Assembly: GCA_050253075.1 (NCBI GenBank)
Contig: JBFWJS010000001.1
Location: forward strand, 512,001 to 576,000
Direction: 5' to 3'
From: Deferribacterales bacterium
Lineage (GTDB): Bacteria > Chrysiogenota > Deferribacteres > Deferribacterales > Geovibrionaceae
Length of the DNA: 64,000 nucleotides
Shown: positions 48,531 to 58,600 of the stretch, one piece after another
Numbering within the stretch: the stretch's first letter is position 1
Layout of the letters: every line of letters starts with the position of its first letter
Notes under the pieces: generated by a model
What the model was told of the DNA's origin: nothing
The model's input: only the letters and a program-made list of their open reading frames with translations
The model's database searches: none
Position numbers and translations under genes: made by a program

Positions 48531-48797
48531 ATGTCCACAATAGATAGCAGGATGTCAGCCGCTGCCGAATACGCAAGGACCGCCCAGCAAAGAATGCTGG
48601 AATCAGAGGAACTGCGTAAACAGGACAGAGAAAAGGCCGAGCGCAGCAGTGAAGTGATCCGGGCGCAGAACAACGGTATCGCCACCCGTTCGAAAGAACT
48701 CCGACAGGAGGATCGGGAAGAGCAGCAGTACAGCGACAGGAGAGCTTCCAGAGCTCAGGAACCCGGCAAAGGCATCTACATGGATGAAATAGCCTGA
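48531..48797 (+). CDS. Small charged hypothetical protein with C-terminal GKGxxxDxxA motif
   Basis: RBS AGGAGG; helical E/R/Q-rich body ending PGKGIYMDEIA. Confidence 0.75.
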   Translation: MSTIDSRMSAAAEYARTAQQRMLESEELRKQDREKAERSSEVIRAQNNGIATRSKELRQEDREEQQYSDRRASRAQEPGKGIYMDEIA

Positions 48798-48804
48798 CAT
48801 GATC

Positions 48805-48838
48805 AAAAGGCCGTTCGATGAGCGGCCTTTTATCTTTT
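48805..48838 (+). terminator. Intrinsic terminator closing the flagellin locus
   Basis: AAAAGGCCGTTC-GAT-GAGCGGCCTTTT plus a T-rich tail. Confidence 0.85.
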
Positions 48839-48906
48839 ATCCGCTTGTAAATATATTAGTTTGTGGTCTATAGTATAAGTACAGGATAAGATAGAGGTTT
48901 ACAGAT

Positions 48907-50007
48907 TTGCTTCGGCTTATATTTATAGTCATCTTCAGCGCCGTCGCACTTTTCGGCTGCGGGAAGAAAAATGAAAAGACCGATGTCGGTTTTATCGGGA
49001 CAATATCGGGGAGATATTCGGATCTGGGTCAGGCCACTTTGCAGGGGGTCATGCTCGCTATTGAGAGCTACGGCGCATCCGAAAATATTAATCTGGTGGT
49101 CAAAGATGATTTCGGCAAGCCTTCTGACGGCGCAAGGATCATCAGCGAATTTGCTGAGGATAATGTGCGCTATGTCATCGGTCCGAGCATAAGCAGTGTC
49201 GCAACGGCTGTTGTCCCTATGCTGGAGGCTGCGAATGTACGAATGCTCAGCCCCACCGTCAGCACATCGTCCCTCGCCGGAAAAAAAGATAATTTCGCAA
49301 GGATAATGCCCCACAACAGCTTTAAGCAGGCGGGCGTGATATCCACATACCTTTTAAACAAACTCGATATCAAAGATATAGTGATCCTTTACGATTCCAG
49401 AAATTCTTCATACTCCAACGACATCGTTAAGCAGTTCGCCGAGGCATATATGGCCCAGGGCGGAAGTATAAGGGATGTGCGCTCTTTTAACCCTGATTCG
49501 GGGCAGAGCCTCTCCACCCTGCTGGACGACGACAGGGAAGACCCGCCGGCTATGTATTATGTCATCGGCTCGGCTATGGACACGTCTCTCATCATCTGGC
49601 AGATAAAGAAAGCAGGGATGAAGTCAAAGGTACTCATCAGAAAGTGGGCTGCATCGAGCGACTTTTACCGTCTGGGCGGCGAAGCCGTAGAGGGTGTAAT
49701 GCTCTTTGACTACTATATAAACACAGATACCGATCAGTATAAAGCATTTGCCAAAGCGTATAAGAAGAAATTCATGGCGGAGCCCAGCTGGATGGGTGTA
49801 TACGGATATGAGGCCGCAAGGATACTTCTGAATGCTCTGGATGAAGTGAAGTCGGGGATGAATTTCAACGCTGCCCTCGCCAAAGCCGCACAGAATAACG
49901 AGATACTTAAAAATATGGAATTTGACGAATACGGAGATGCCTACCTGCCTTTGCACTATTTCGTTATTGAAAACGGTGAAACAGTGTATAAGGGCCTCGC
50001 AGAATGA
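48907..50007 (+). CDS. Periplasmic binding lipoprotein (LivJ/LivK-like)
   Basis: Lipobox ALFGC, LVVKDD, VIGP..SS, YGYEAARIL. Confidence 0.88.
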   Translation: MLRLIFIVIFSAVALFGCGKKNEKTDVGFIGTISGRYSDLGQATLQGVMLAIESYGASENINLVVKDDFGKPSDGARIISEFAEDNVRYVIGPSISSVATAVVPMLEAANVRMLSPTVSTSSLAGKKDNFARIMPHNSFKQAGVISTYLLNKLDIKDIVILYDSRNSSYSNDIVKQFAEAYMAQGGSIRDVRSFNPDSGQSLSTLLDDDREDPPAMYYVIGSAMDTSLIIWQIKKAGMKSKVLIRKWAASSDFYRLGGEAVEGVMLFDYYINTDTDQYKAFAKAYKKKFMAEPSWMGVYGYEAARILLNALDEVKSGMNFNAALAKAAQNNEILKNMEFDEYGDAYLPLHYFVIENGETVYKGLAE

Positions 50008-52685
50008 AAAACCGCATCGGAATAGGCAAGCTCTTCATCATTATATTCATGTTCTTTCTGGTTCTGCCTCTTATGGCTATATCCATGATATTCCTCTCCA
50101 CAGTCTATGAAACCAACAGCAAAAAGATATCAAGGGACATCGAAGCCGTCACCTATGCCATAGCGTCTAAGGTGAATACAAGGCTCGAGGTGCCCGCCAC
50201 ATACATGATGACCCTCGCAGACCTCATCACCGAAAAGGGCTCGGAAGCCGACCTTAAAGAACTGGTGCATCTGGGGATAAAGAACAATACGGTGTTCAGC
50301 GCCATATACATTCTGGACAGTGAGAAACGCATAAAAGAGCTGGCATTCAGCAGCTTTACAAAATACGCCAGAGAGGACTTCATCGGGATAAAACTGAACG
50401 AGGTCAAAAAGTTCGAAGACTATAGCTATTACTGGAGCAGTCCGTTTATCTCTCTGGTGAATAACGACTATGTGGTCAGGGTGTCCGTGGGTATGCCTGA
50501 CGGATACGTGGTCAGCGACATCAGTCTTAAATTCCTCGCATCCTCCCTTATCAAAAGCAGCCTGCTGGACATGACCAGTATATACCTCGTCAGCGACGAC
50601 GGTAATGTTATTTCGTCAAACTTTGAAAGTGACGAATACATCCACTCCAGCATGTTTGAGCACCCTCTGGTGAAAGAGGGTCTGAGGGGAAGGCACCTGC
50701 TGAAAGGCTATGTATGGGAAGGCAAAAATAAGATAGGCGCAATATATAAACTGCCTATCACGAGCTGGTATCTCCTGCTGGAGCAGGATCAGACAGAGGC
50801 TTTCAGGTTTTTCAAAGAGATTCTTAACATAGCGGTCATATCGGCTTTTCTGGTGCTGTTCTTCATCGTTGCTGTACTATTTTTCCTCAGACGAAAGCTG
50901 ATAAAGCCTATCCGTACCCTCACTATACAGAGTGAGAAGGTGTCCCGAGGGGATGTGATAAAGTTCAGCGAAGAGGAAAAGGCCGTTTTCGCAGAGCTGC
51001 ACACACTTTACGAAGGCTTTGAAAACATGTCTGCGAAGATACGCAAGAGGGAAGCATCACTCAAAGAGAAAGAAGAATACATCCGCTCCATATTCGACTC
51101 CACCACAAACACGGGCATAATGGTGTTCAGCGCATACGGCGAAGGCTCGCTGACGGATGCCAATATGGGCGCCCAGCTTATGCTCGGGTATAAGCTGTCT
51201 GAGATGATAGGCTTTGACCCTGCGGGTTTTGTGAAAGGGGGCGGAGACGACATAGGCAGGCTCATGCGGGACGCTGTGAAGCGGTACAGCATGACCACCG
51301 GACGATTCGAAATGGTGAAAAAGAACGGCATCCTATTCCCCGTGCTGGGGACTGTGCATCCGCTCATCTCAGACAAGGGAGATATAGAGCATTTTATCGT
51401 CGTTTTCATCGACATTACAGAGATCACCCGTGTGCAGAATGCTCTGGAAAATGAGAAAGAGCATCTGGACGTCACCCTTAAAAGCATCGGTGAAGGCGTT
51501 ATCGCCACAGACAAACAGGGACGTGTGACCCTGCTGAACAGCAGCGCAGAGAGCATCCTCGCCCAGAAGAGCAGATATCTGCTGGGGCACAGCATAAAGG
51601 AAGTGATGCGCATATACGACTTTGAAACGGGGGATGACCTCGCAGACGAGCTGGTAGCAAGCGGTATAGGCTCTAAGCGGACATTCCGTGCAAATATCAT
51701 AAGCAAACACGCAGGTATAATCACGGTGACGCTGACAGCATCGGGCATGCTGAACAGTAAAGGCGAGATACTAGGCTTTGTTTACGTTTTCCGTGATATC
51801 ACCGACCGCATAAAGATGGATCAGGAGCTTATCAAACGAAAGGTAGAGCTGGAAACAGTTAATAAAAACCTCGAAAAACGCATTACGGAAGAGACAGAAA
51901 AGAGGCGGAAAAATGAACAGCTTCTCTTCGAACAGGCAAAGTTCGCCGCTATGGGACAGATGATAAGTGCCATTGCTCACCAGTGGAGACAGCCTCTTAA
52001 CGCCCTCGCCCTTTATACGCAGGATATAGAGGAAGCCTACGAACACGACGAGGTGAATGCGGAGTATCTTTCTAAATTTGTAGAAAATTCCATGAAGATG
52101 ATAAATCACATGTCGGGGACCATTGACGACTTTAGAAATTTCTTCCACTCCACCAATCTCAAAGAGGAAGTGGACTTTGTACGGGTGGTCTGCGACAGTA
52201 TATCGCTGATATCCACACAGCTGAAAAATCAGAATATAAATTATGAGCTGACAATTATTGCCGATGGTAAAGAGGACGTGTTTGTGAACTCCATGCCTGC
52301 GCCGAATGTTAAATACGGCAGGGAGATAAAGATAATCACCAGCGAGCTGAAGCAGGTTGTGCTGAACATAATGCAGAACGCTCGTGATGCCATCAGCGAG
52401 AAACGCACGGGAGCCCTGAAAAGAGCAGGGAATATACATATAACTGTGGCGTATGATAAAAATAAGGTAGTGACAACCATAGGCAACGACGGAGGCAACA
52501 TCCCCGAGGAGCATCTGGTCAGCATATTCGACCCTTATTACACCACAAAGCCCGAGGGAGAAGGCACGGGGATAGGTCTTTACATGTCTAAAGTGATGGT
52601 GGAAGACCACATGGGAGGTCTGCTCGTAGCGGGTAATATAGACGGCGGAGCCGTGTTCACAATCACTCTCTACTATGATGAGTAA
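50004..52685 (+). CDS. Sensor histidine kinase (Cache-HAMP-2xPAS)
   Basis: Two TMs, IAHQWRQPLN H-box, NIMQNARDA, GTGIGLY. Confidence 0.93.
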   Translation: MKNRIGIGKLFIIIFMFFLVLPLMAISMIFLSTVYETNSKKISRDIEAVTYAIASKVNTRLEVPATYMMTLADLITEKGSEADLKELVHLGIKNNTVFSAIYILDSEKRIKELAFSSFTKYAREDFIGIKLNEVKKFEDYSYYWSSPFISLVNNDYVVRVSVGMPDGYVVSDISLKFLASSLIKSSLLDMTSIYLVSDDGNVISSNFESDEYIHSSMFEHPLVKEGLRGRHLLKGYVWEGKNKIGAIYKLPITSWYLLLEQDQTEAFRFFKEILNIAVISAFLVLFFIVAVLFFLRRKLIKPIRTLTIQSEKVSRGDVIKFSEEEKAVFAELHTLYEGFENMSAKIRKREASLKEKEEYIRSIFDSTTNTGIMVFSAYGEGSLTDANMGAQLMLGYKLSEMIGFDPAGFVKGGGDDIGRLMRDAVKRYSMTTGRFEMVKKNGILFPVLGTVHPLISDKGDIEHFIVVFIDITEITRVQNALENEKEHLDVTLKSIGEGVIATDKQGRVTLLNSSAESILAQKSRYLLGHSIKEVMRIYDFETGDDLADELVASGIGSKRTFRANIISKHAGIITVTLTASGMLNSKGEILGFVYVFRDITDRIKMDQELIKRKVELETVNKNLEKRITEETEKRRKNEQLLFEQAKFAAMGQMISAIAHQWRQPLNALALYTQDIEEAYEHDEVNAEYLSKFVENSMKMINHMSGTIDDFRNFFHSTNLKEEVDFVRVVCDSISLISTQLKNQNINYELTIIADGKEDVFVNSMPAPNVKYGREIKIITSELKQVVLNIMQNARDAISEKRTGALKRAGNIHITVAYDKNKVVTTIGNDGGNIPEEHLVSIFDPYYTTKPEGEGTGIGLYMSKVMVEDHMGGLLVAGNIDGGAVFTITLYYDE

Positions 52686-52750
52686 AAAAATATTACATTG
52701 TAAGTAGTGTTTATGTGTGATAGAAAAGTTATTATAGGTAGTATACAGAT

Positions 52751-54001
52751 ATGGGACTAGTTTATATTGATGACGTAAAACCCGGAATGAAACTTGAAAA
52801 GGACCTTGTGTGCCCTAACGGTCGATTTCTGCTCGGAAAAGGCGCCGTTTTTGAAACCAAGCATATCAAGATAGCAAAATCCTGGGGAATAACCGAAGCA
52901 TTCATTGAAGGTAAAGATAAAAATCTGCTGGACAGCGAGGCTGAGGCGGCATTTTCTCCGGAAGAGCTGGACACTGCCGAACAGATCCTTCAGCAGAATT
53001 TTAAGAATACAGACATGTCTGTAGATGCCACAAAAGAAATATTCAGGCTGAACAAGCTGACAATAGCAAGAGCGCTGAAAGACGGAGATCTCTCCGCCGA
53101 GGACGCTCTTAAACCTATAGAAGTGGGCGAACTGAAAGTACCTGCCCCGATAGATAAATCTAAAATGACAGCGGCCTCACTCGTCGAAAAAGAGATAGGG
53201 CTCGCGTCTTTCCCCGACATCTACTACAAGATCAACGAAGTTCTCAACTCTCCCAGAAGCTCTGCATCACACATGGCAGACGTGGTGGAGAAGGATACCA
53301 GCTTATCCGCAAAACTTCTTAAGATCGTTAACAGCGCATTTTACAGTTTCCCTTCGAAGATAGATTCCATAAGACGTGCCATCACTATCATCGGCACGAA
53401 AGAGCTGGCGACCCTTGCTGTCGGCATCTCTGCCATTGAGGCATTTCAGGGTATACCAAAAGAGCTGACAAACATGAGACTCTTCTGGAGACATTCCATC
53501 GCCTGCGGTGTTTTCGCAAGGCTGCTCGGCACATATGTCGAGGGTGTTTCCACAGAGAGACTTTTCGTCTCCGGTCTGCTTCACGACGTGGGCAGACTCG
53601 TGCTTTTCCGCTCTCTCCCGGAATACTCCGCATATTCGCTTCAGCTCAGCATAAGAGACTGCAGACCTCTCGCCTCTGTGGAGAAAGAGCTGCTCGGTTT
53701 TGAACATGCCGATGTGGGCAGTGCCCTTATGGAAAAGTGGAAATTCCCTACTAAGCTCATAAAGAACGTAAGATTCCACCATGCTGATGCAGCTGTGGAT
53801 ATAGAGTCGTCTATACTGAACATTGCGGACTGCCTTGCCATAGCATTTGGTTCGCCTGTGTCGGTGTCTACTGTCGTGCCTTCGATAAACCCTGCGATAT
53901 GGAACAGCCTCGGGCTTTCGCCTTCGGTTATCCAGCCTATCGTCAGCCAGTCGGAACGCCAGATAGATGAGATCGAAGACGTATTTTTTGCGGTGCTATA
54001 A
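52751..54001 (+). CDS. HDOD domain protein
   Basis: KDTSLSAKLLKIVNSAFY, FWRHS, GLLHDVG, HADVG..L.EKWKFP. Confidence 0.92.
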   Translation: MGLVYIDDVKPGMKLEKDLVCPNGRFLLGKGAVFETKHIKIAKSWGITEAFIEGKDKNLLDSEAEAAFSPEELDTAEQILQQNFKNTDMSVDATKEIFRLNKLTIARALKDGDLSAEDALKPIEVGELKVPAPIDKSKMTAASLVEKEIGLASFPDIYYKINEVLNSPRSSASHMADVVEKDTSLSAKLLKIVNSAFYSFPSKIDSIRRAITIIGTKELATLAVGISAIEAFQGIPKELTNMRLFWRHSIACGVFARLLGTYVEGVSTERLFVSGLLHDVGRLVLFRSLPEYSAYSLQLSIRDCRPLASVEKELLGFEHADVGSALMEKWKFPTKLIKNVRFHHADAAVDIESSILNIADCLAIAFGSPVSVSTVVPSINPAIWNSLGLSPSVIQPIVSQSERQIDEIEDVFFAVL

Positions 54002-55536
54002 TGGATAAAGAACGGGTCAGGTTTCTCGAGGAGAGGGTCGAATACCTTCTTCAGGAGAAAACCGGAACACTTAAAGCTCTTGAAAACGTGCTTGAGGTCG
54101 ATGACCTTTCCGTAAGCCTGAACAAGCTGGAAAGTACTGATATCATTGTGCAGCGTGCTTATAAAAAGCTGTCCAAGCTGATAAAGGTGAAGTGCGCCGG
54201 CTTTATGCTGGTGGACGAGACCAGCGGATTCTTTACCCCTGCTGCATTCTTCCCCGAAGAGTGCCGTGACGACCTCATCGCTGAAACAGATAAACTCATC
54301 ATGGACAACACCTTCGCCCTTGCGGTGAAGGCGAACAGATCCATCACCGTAAAGAGCAAAGAGCTGAAAGGATATCTCCTCGTACACGCCCTCTCTACAG
54401 TTTCCAGAACGAGAGGCATGTTCATATGTCATCTGGACATGAGCAAAGAGGATGTGCCAGATGCGGTATTCTCGCTCATCACCATCGTAATGAATAACAC
54501 GGCTCACCTTCTGGAGAGCTTCGAACTATACAACAGAAACAAAACTGCCAATGAGCTCCTAACTAAGAGTGTGCAGCGTCTGGAGCAGTCGGAAACCCAC
54601 CTCAAGAGCTTTAACGAAAAGCTGGAGGAAGAGGTCGAATCCCGTACGAAAGAGCTGAAAGCGACAAACTCTCTCCTCGAAAACGAGATAAGCGAGAGGA
54701 AAAAGATAGAGAAGCTCCTCATTCAGCAGAAGGAAGCACTCGAAAACCTGAACGAAACTCTTGAAAACAGAGTAGCGATAGAGACAGAAAACCGCAGAAA
54801 GAGCGAACAGGTGCTCCACGAACAGAGCAAGATGGCAGCAATGGGTCAGATGCTCACTGCCATATCCCACCAGTGGAGACAGCCCCTTAACTCTCTCGGC
54901 CTCGTGATACAGGACATTCAGGACGAGTACGACGAGAACGGACTCTCAAAAGAATACCTGAACGAAAGCATAGCAAAAGCTGTGAAGCTGCTCCTGCATA
55001 TGTCATCGACCATAGACGATTTTCGTACTCTGGTGGAGACTGAGGACGAGAACGGCGGCGAGTTTAACGTGTTTGATGCGGTGAAGGATGTCTCTGCACT
55101 CCTTTCCGAAAGCTATAATAACGACGGTATCTTTATAGAATCTGAATGTCTGGTGGAAAATGGACAGGAAAACAGCCTCATTCTCAAAGGCGATGCGGGC
55201 ATATTCAAACAGATACTGATGAACATTTTCGCGAATTCGAAAGATGCCATATCCGAAAGGCTGAAAGGCGGCAAGATGTCCAGAGGGAGCATCCGCATAT
55301 CCGTGCGTGTGGAAGACGGTGCTCTTGTCACCGACATAGTGGACAACGGCGGCGGTATCGCTGCGGCTGTGCTAGACAGGGTTTTCGAGCCTTATTTCAC
55401 CACAAAGGAAGACAAGAAAGGCACAGGCATCGGACTGTATATGTCAAAGATTTTTATCGAAGAACATATGCAGGGTTCCATTACGGCGGGGAATACAGGC
55501 GACGGAGCTGTCGTCACACTCGTCTTTTCTTTATAA
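54001..55536 (+). CDS. Cytoplasmic GAF-like/coiled-coil histidine kinase
   Basis: ISHQWRQPLN, DNGGG, YFTTK, GTGIGLY; no TM segment. Confidence 0.92.
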   Translation: MDKERVRFLEERVEYLLQEKTGTLKALENVLEVDDLSVSLNKLESTDIIVQRAYKKLSKLIKVKCAGFMLVDETSGFFTPAAFFPEECRDDLIAETDKLIMDNTFALAVKANRSITVKSKELKGYLLVHALSTVSRTRGMFICHLDMSKEDVPDAVFSLITIVMNNTAHLLESFELYNRNKTANELLTKSVQRLEQSETHLKSFNEKLEEEVESRTKELKATNSLLENEISERKKIEKLLIQQKEALENLNETLENRVAIETENRRKSEQVLHEQSKMAAMGQMLTAISHQWRQPLNSLGLVIQDIQDEYDENGLSKEYLNESIAKAVKLLLHMSSTIDDFRTLVETEDENGGEFNVFDAVKDVSALLSESYNNDGIFIESECLVENGQENSLILKGDAGIFKQILMNIFANSKDAISERLKGGKMSRGSIRISVRVEDGALVTDIVDNGGGIAAAVLDRVFEPYFTTKEDKKGTGIGLYMSKIFIEEHMQGSITAGNTGDGAVVTLVFSL

Positions 55537-55610
55537 TCTAAGCACTTATCGTTTGCAGACAGACATCGGCAGAGTTATCTTTTAAATAGACAGTAAAGCT
55601 GTATCCAAAG

Positions 55611-58600
55611 GTGACAATGGGCAGATATATTAAGAACCTGACCGTAATTTCTGATGATGTGCGGGGGCTTTTTGAAAGTGAGCTTTCGCCTGAGTACAGT
55701 GTCGTGAGCTCCTCTGATGCTTTGCAGGGGCTGAACCGTGACTTTGTACTGATAGACGCACGCAGTGAGGATACGCCCGTTAGCGATCTTCTCCGTGTGA
55801 TAAACTCTCCGCTCATAATAGCCGCAGGCGCTTCTGCCGAAGTCAAAAGAGATATCCTGAAACATAAATCCACAGTCTTTCTGACCGTTCCCCTTATGGA
55901 AAGCGAGCTCGAAAATATCATCCTGATGAATACATCCTGCCGAAATATGAATCTGGAAGAACAGATATACGAAGAATTTATCGAAAACACCGACGACATA
56001 GTTACAAGGGTGAACGGCGATGCAGTATTCACCTATGTGAACGGAGCGTGCGAGAGGCTCTACGGCCTTCCCAGAAGCAGTCTGATCGGGAGCAGTGCCC
56101 TTGATTATGTCCACCCCGATGACGTGGAGCGCACCAGAGACGCATTCGAAAGCTGGATTAAAAACCGAGCAGGCAGAGCATCTTTTATAAACAGATACAT
56201 ACTCCCCGACGGCAGTGAAATACAGCTCTTATGGACTATAAATCTGCACTATTCCTCTTCGGGCGGGTTTCTTTATGCCAACAGCATCGCACGGGACGTT
56301 ACAGAACGCATCGTCGCCGAGAAAGCATTGAAAAAGAGCGAATCATCCCTGCGGGCTATACTGGACGCCGCAGAGGATGTCGTCATCATGATAGACAGGA
56401 ACGGAACCATACTGGACTGCAACATACACTTTGCGAAGCTGATGAGGGAGGATATCGGATCTCTCCTCGGGCAGTGCGTCTGGGATATACCATACATAGG
56501 CAAGAGCGGCGAACGTAAGCTGATATTCGAGGAAGTAGTCAGGACGGGAAAAGCCGTAAAGTTCGAGGACTACGGCGGACGTGCGTGGTATTCCGTACAC
56601 GCTGCACCCGTTGCCGTGGAAGACTCGGCTATGGAGCGGTATGTGGTCTTTGCAAAGGACATAACCGAAAAGAAAGAATCCGAAGAATACGATAAAATGA
56701 ACGAAGAACGCCACAGATCCCTTGCCATACTGGGGCAGATGTACGAGGCGGACTTTGAAGAGATACTGGAATTCGCCCTTGAGAGTGCGATGATACAGGC
56801 CATGAGCCTGGGCGGATTCATAGCAGAATATGACAGCGTGGACAACTCGCTGCGGATGAATGTCATAAAGAAACCGCAGGATAAAATGGTGCGGATATGC
56901 AGTGGTGAGAGAGTCGACCTTGCACAGTTCTCCGATATCGCATCGGCACTGTCGGGGAAGAAACCCGTGCTGAGGAATCGGCAGAGGGTGCTCGTCCCCT
57001 GTATCGAAAAGGGGTGTCAGGAATACCTGGAAAACGCCATCATAGTGCCCATTATGGCACAGGGCGAGCCGAGGCTGGTGCTCTGCGTATACGGTAAAAA
57101 GACAAGCTATCATAATACCGAATCCCTCGGTCTGGTGCACTTCATGGAGGGGGTGTGGAGGCTGAAAGAGCGGAAAGACACAGAAAAGACCATTAGTCAG
57201 CTTAATCTGGAGCTGGAGAGGAAGGTTGCCGTGCGCACTGCTCAGCTCAAAGAGAGCGAGGTGCGGTTCCGCACAGCTTTTGAGTCCACCGTGCACGGCA
57301 TGGTAATAATCGGGCTGACGGGGATGATACTGCAGGCGAATGCCTCATATGCAAAGATGCTGGGGTATGACGAAGACGAACTGGTCGGCATGGGGATGGG
57401 TGCTATCACACATCCTGATGATAGGGAAAAGAGCAGGGATTCTCTGGCTGAACTGATAGCGGGGAATTCCGAACACATTGAGCTCATAAAAAGATATGTG
57501 AGAAAGGACGGAGGGTATGTCACGGCGACGGTGAATGCCGCACTCATAAGAAATGATGCGGGCGAGCCTGCATATGTTGTTTCAAACGTGGTGAACATCA
57601 CCGAGACGGAGATGATGCGCAAGGAGCGGGATAAGATATTCGAGCTCAGCCGGGACCTGATAGGTATCGCAGATTTCAAAGGACATCTTTACTACATAAA
57701 CCCTGCCTTTTGCGAACTGCTCGGATACAGCGTGGACGAGCTGATGAACAGGAACCTCTTCGAGGTTTTCCGTGACGAGGACAGAGCACAGGCAGAGGAT
57801 ATATTCTCTATGCTGGACGGGAATGACGGCGGATTCGTCTATGACTCGTTTCATAATCTGCCCGAGGGTAAATCCAGGTGGATATCATGGACATTCAACA
57901 CTGACAGGCAGAACAACCGCCTGTACGGCATAGGGCGTGATGTCACAGACAGGACAATGCACGAGGAAAATCTGAAAAAAGCGAAAGACGAGGCTGAGAA
58001 AGCGAACCGTGCAAAGAGCGAATTTCTCGCTAATATCAGCCATGAGATAAGAACACCGCTTAACGCAGTTATAGGATTCAGCGAGCTCCTTTCCACACAG
58101 GTATACGACTCCAAAGGACTGTCATACATAGACTCTATAAAGACGAGCGGTAAGTCTCTGCTGAACCTTATCAACGACATTCTGGATATATCAAAGCTGG
58201 AATCCGTGGACGCCACGCCCGTTCTGATACCTTCGAACATAAAGAACCTGATGGACGAGATGATGCGTGTCTTCGGATACCGCACATTCAACTCAGGGAT
58301 AAAGCTGGGCTACTCCATCGATAAGGATGTGCCTGACTATATGCTTATCGATGTATCGAGGCTGAGGCAGGTTCTGCTGAACCTGATAGGCAATGCAGTT
58401 AAATTCACAGATAAAGGGAGTGTGGATGTGTTTGTCAGTGCGGTGAAGCACATGGACAAGCACTATGATCTTTCCATACGTGTGGAGGATACGGGGATAG
58501 GTATCCCTGAAGATGAATTTGAAAATATATTTCAGCCTTTCAGGCAGCGTGCCGGGCAGAATGTTAATAAATACGGCGGAACGGGGCTTGGGCTTTCGAT

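Noticed and set aside
55560..55592. Antisense sigma28 promoter (GCCGATGT)
   Set aside because: No -35 element at the correct spacing and no minus-strand gene to drive.
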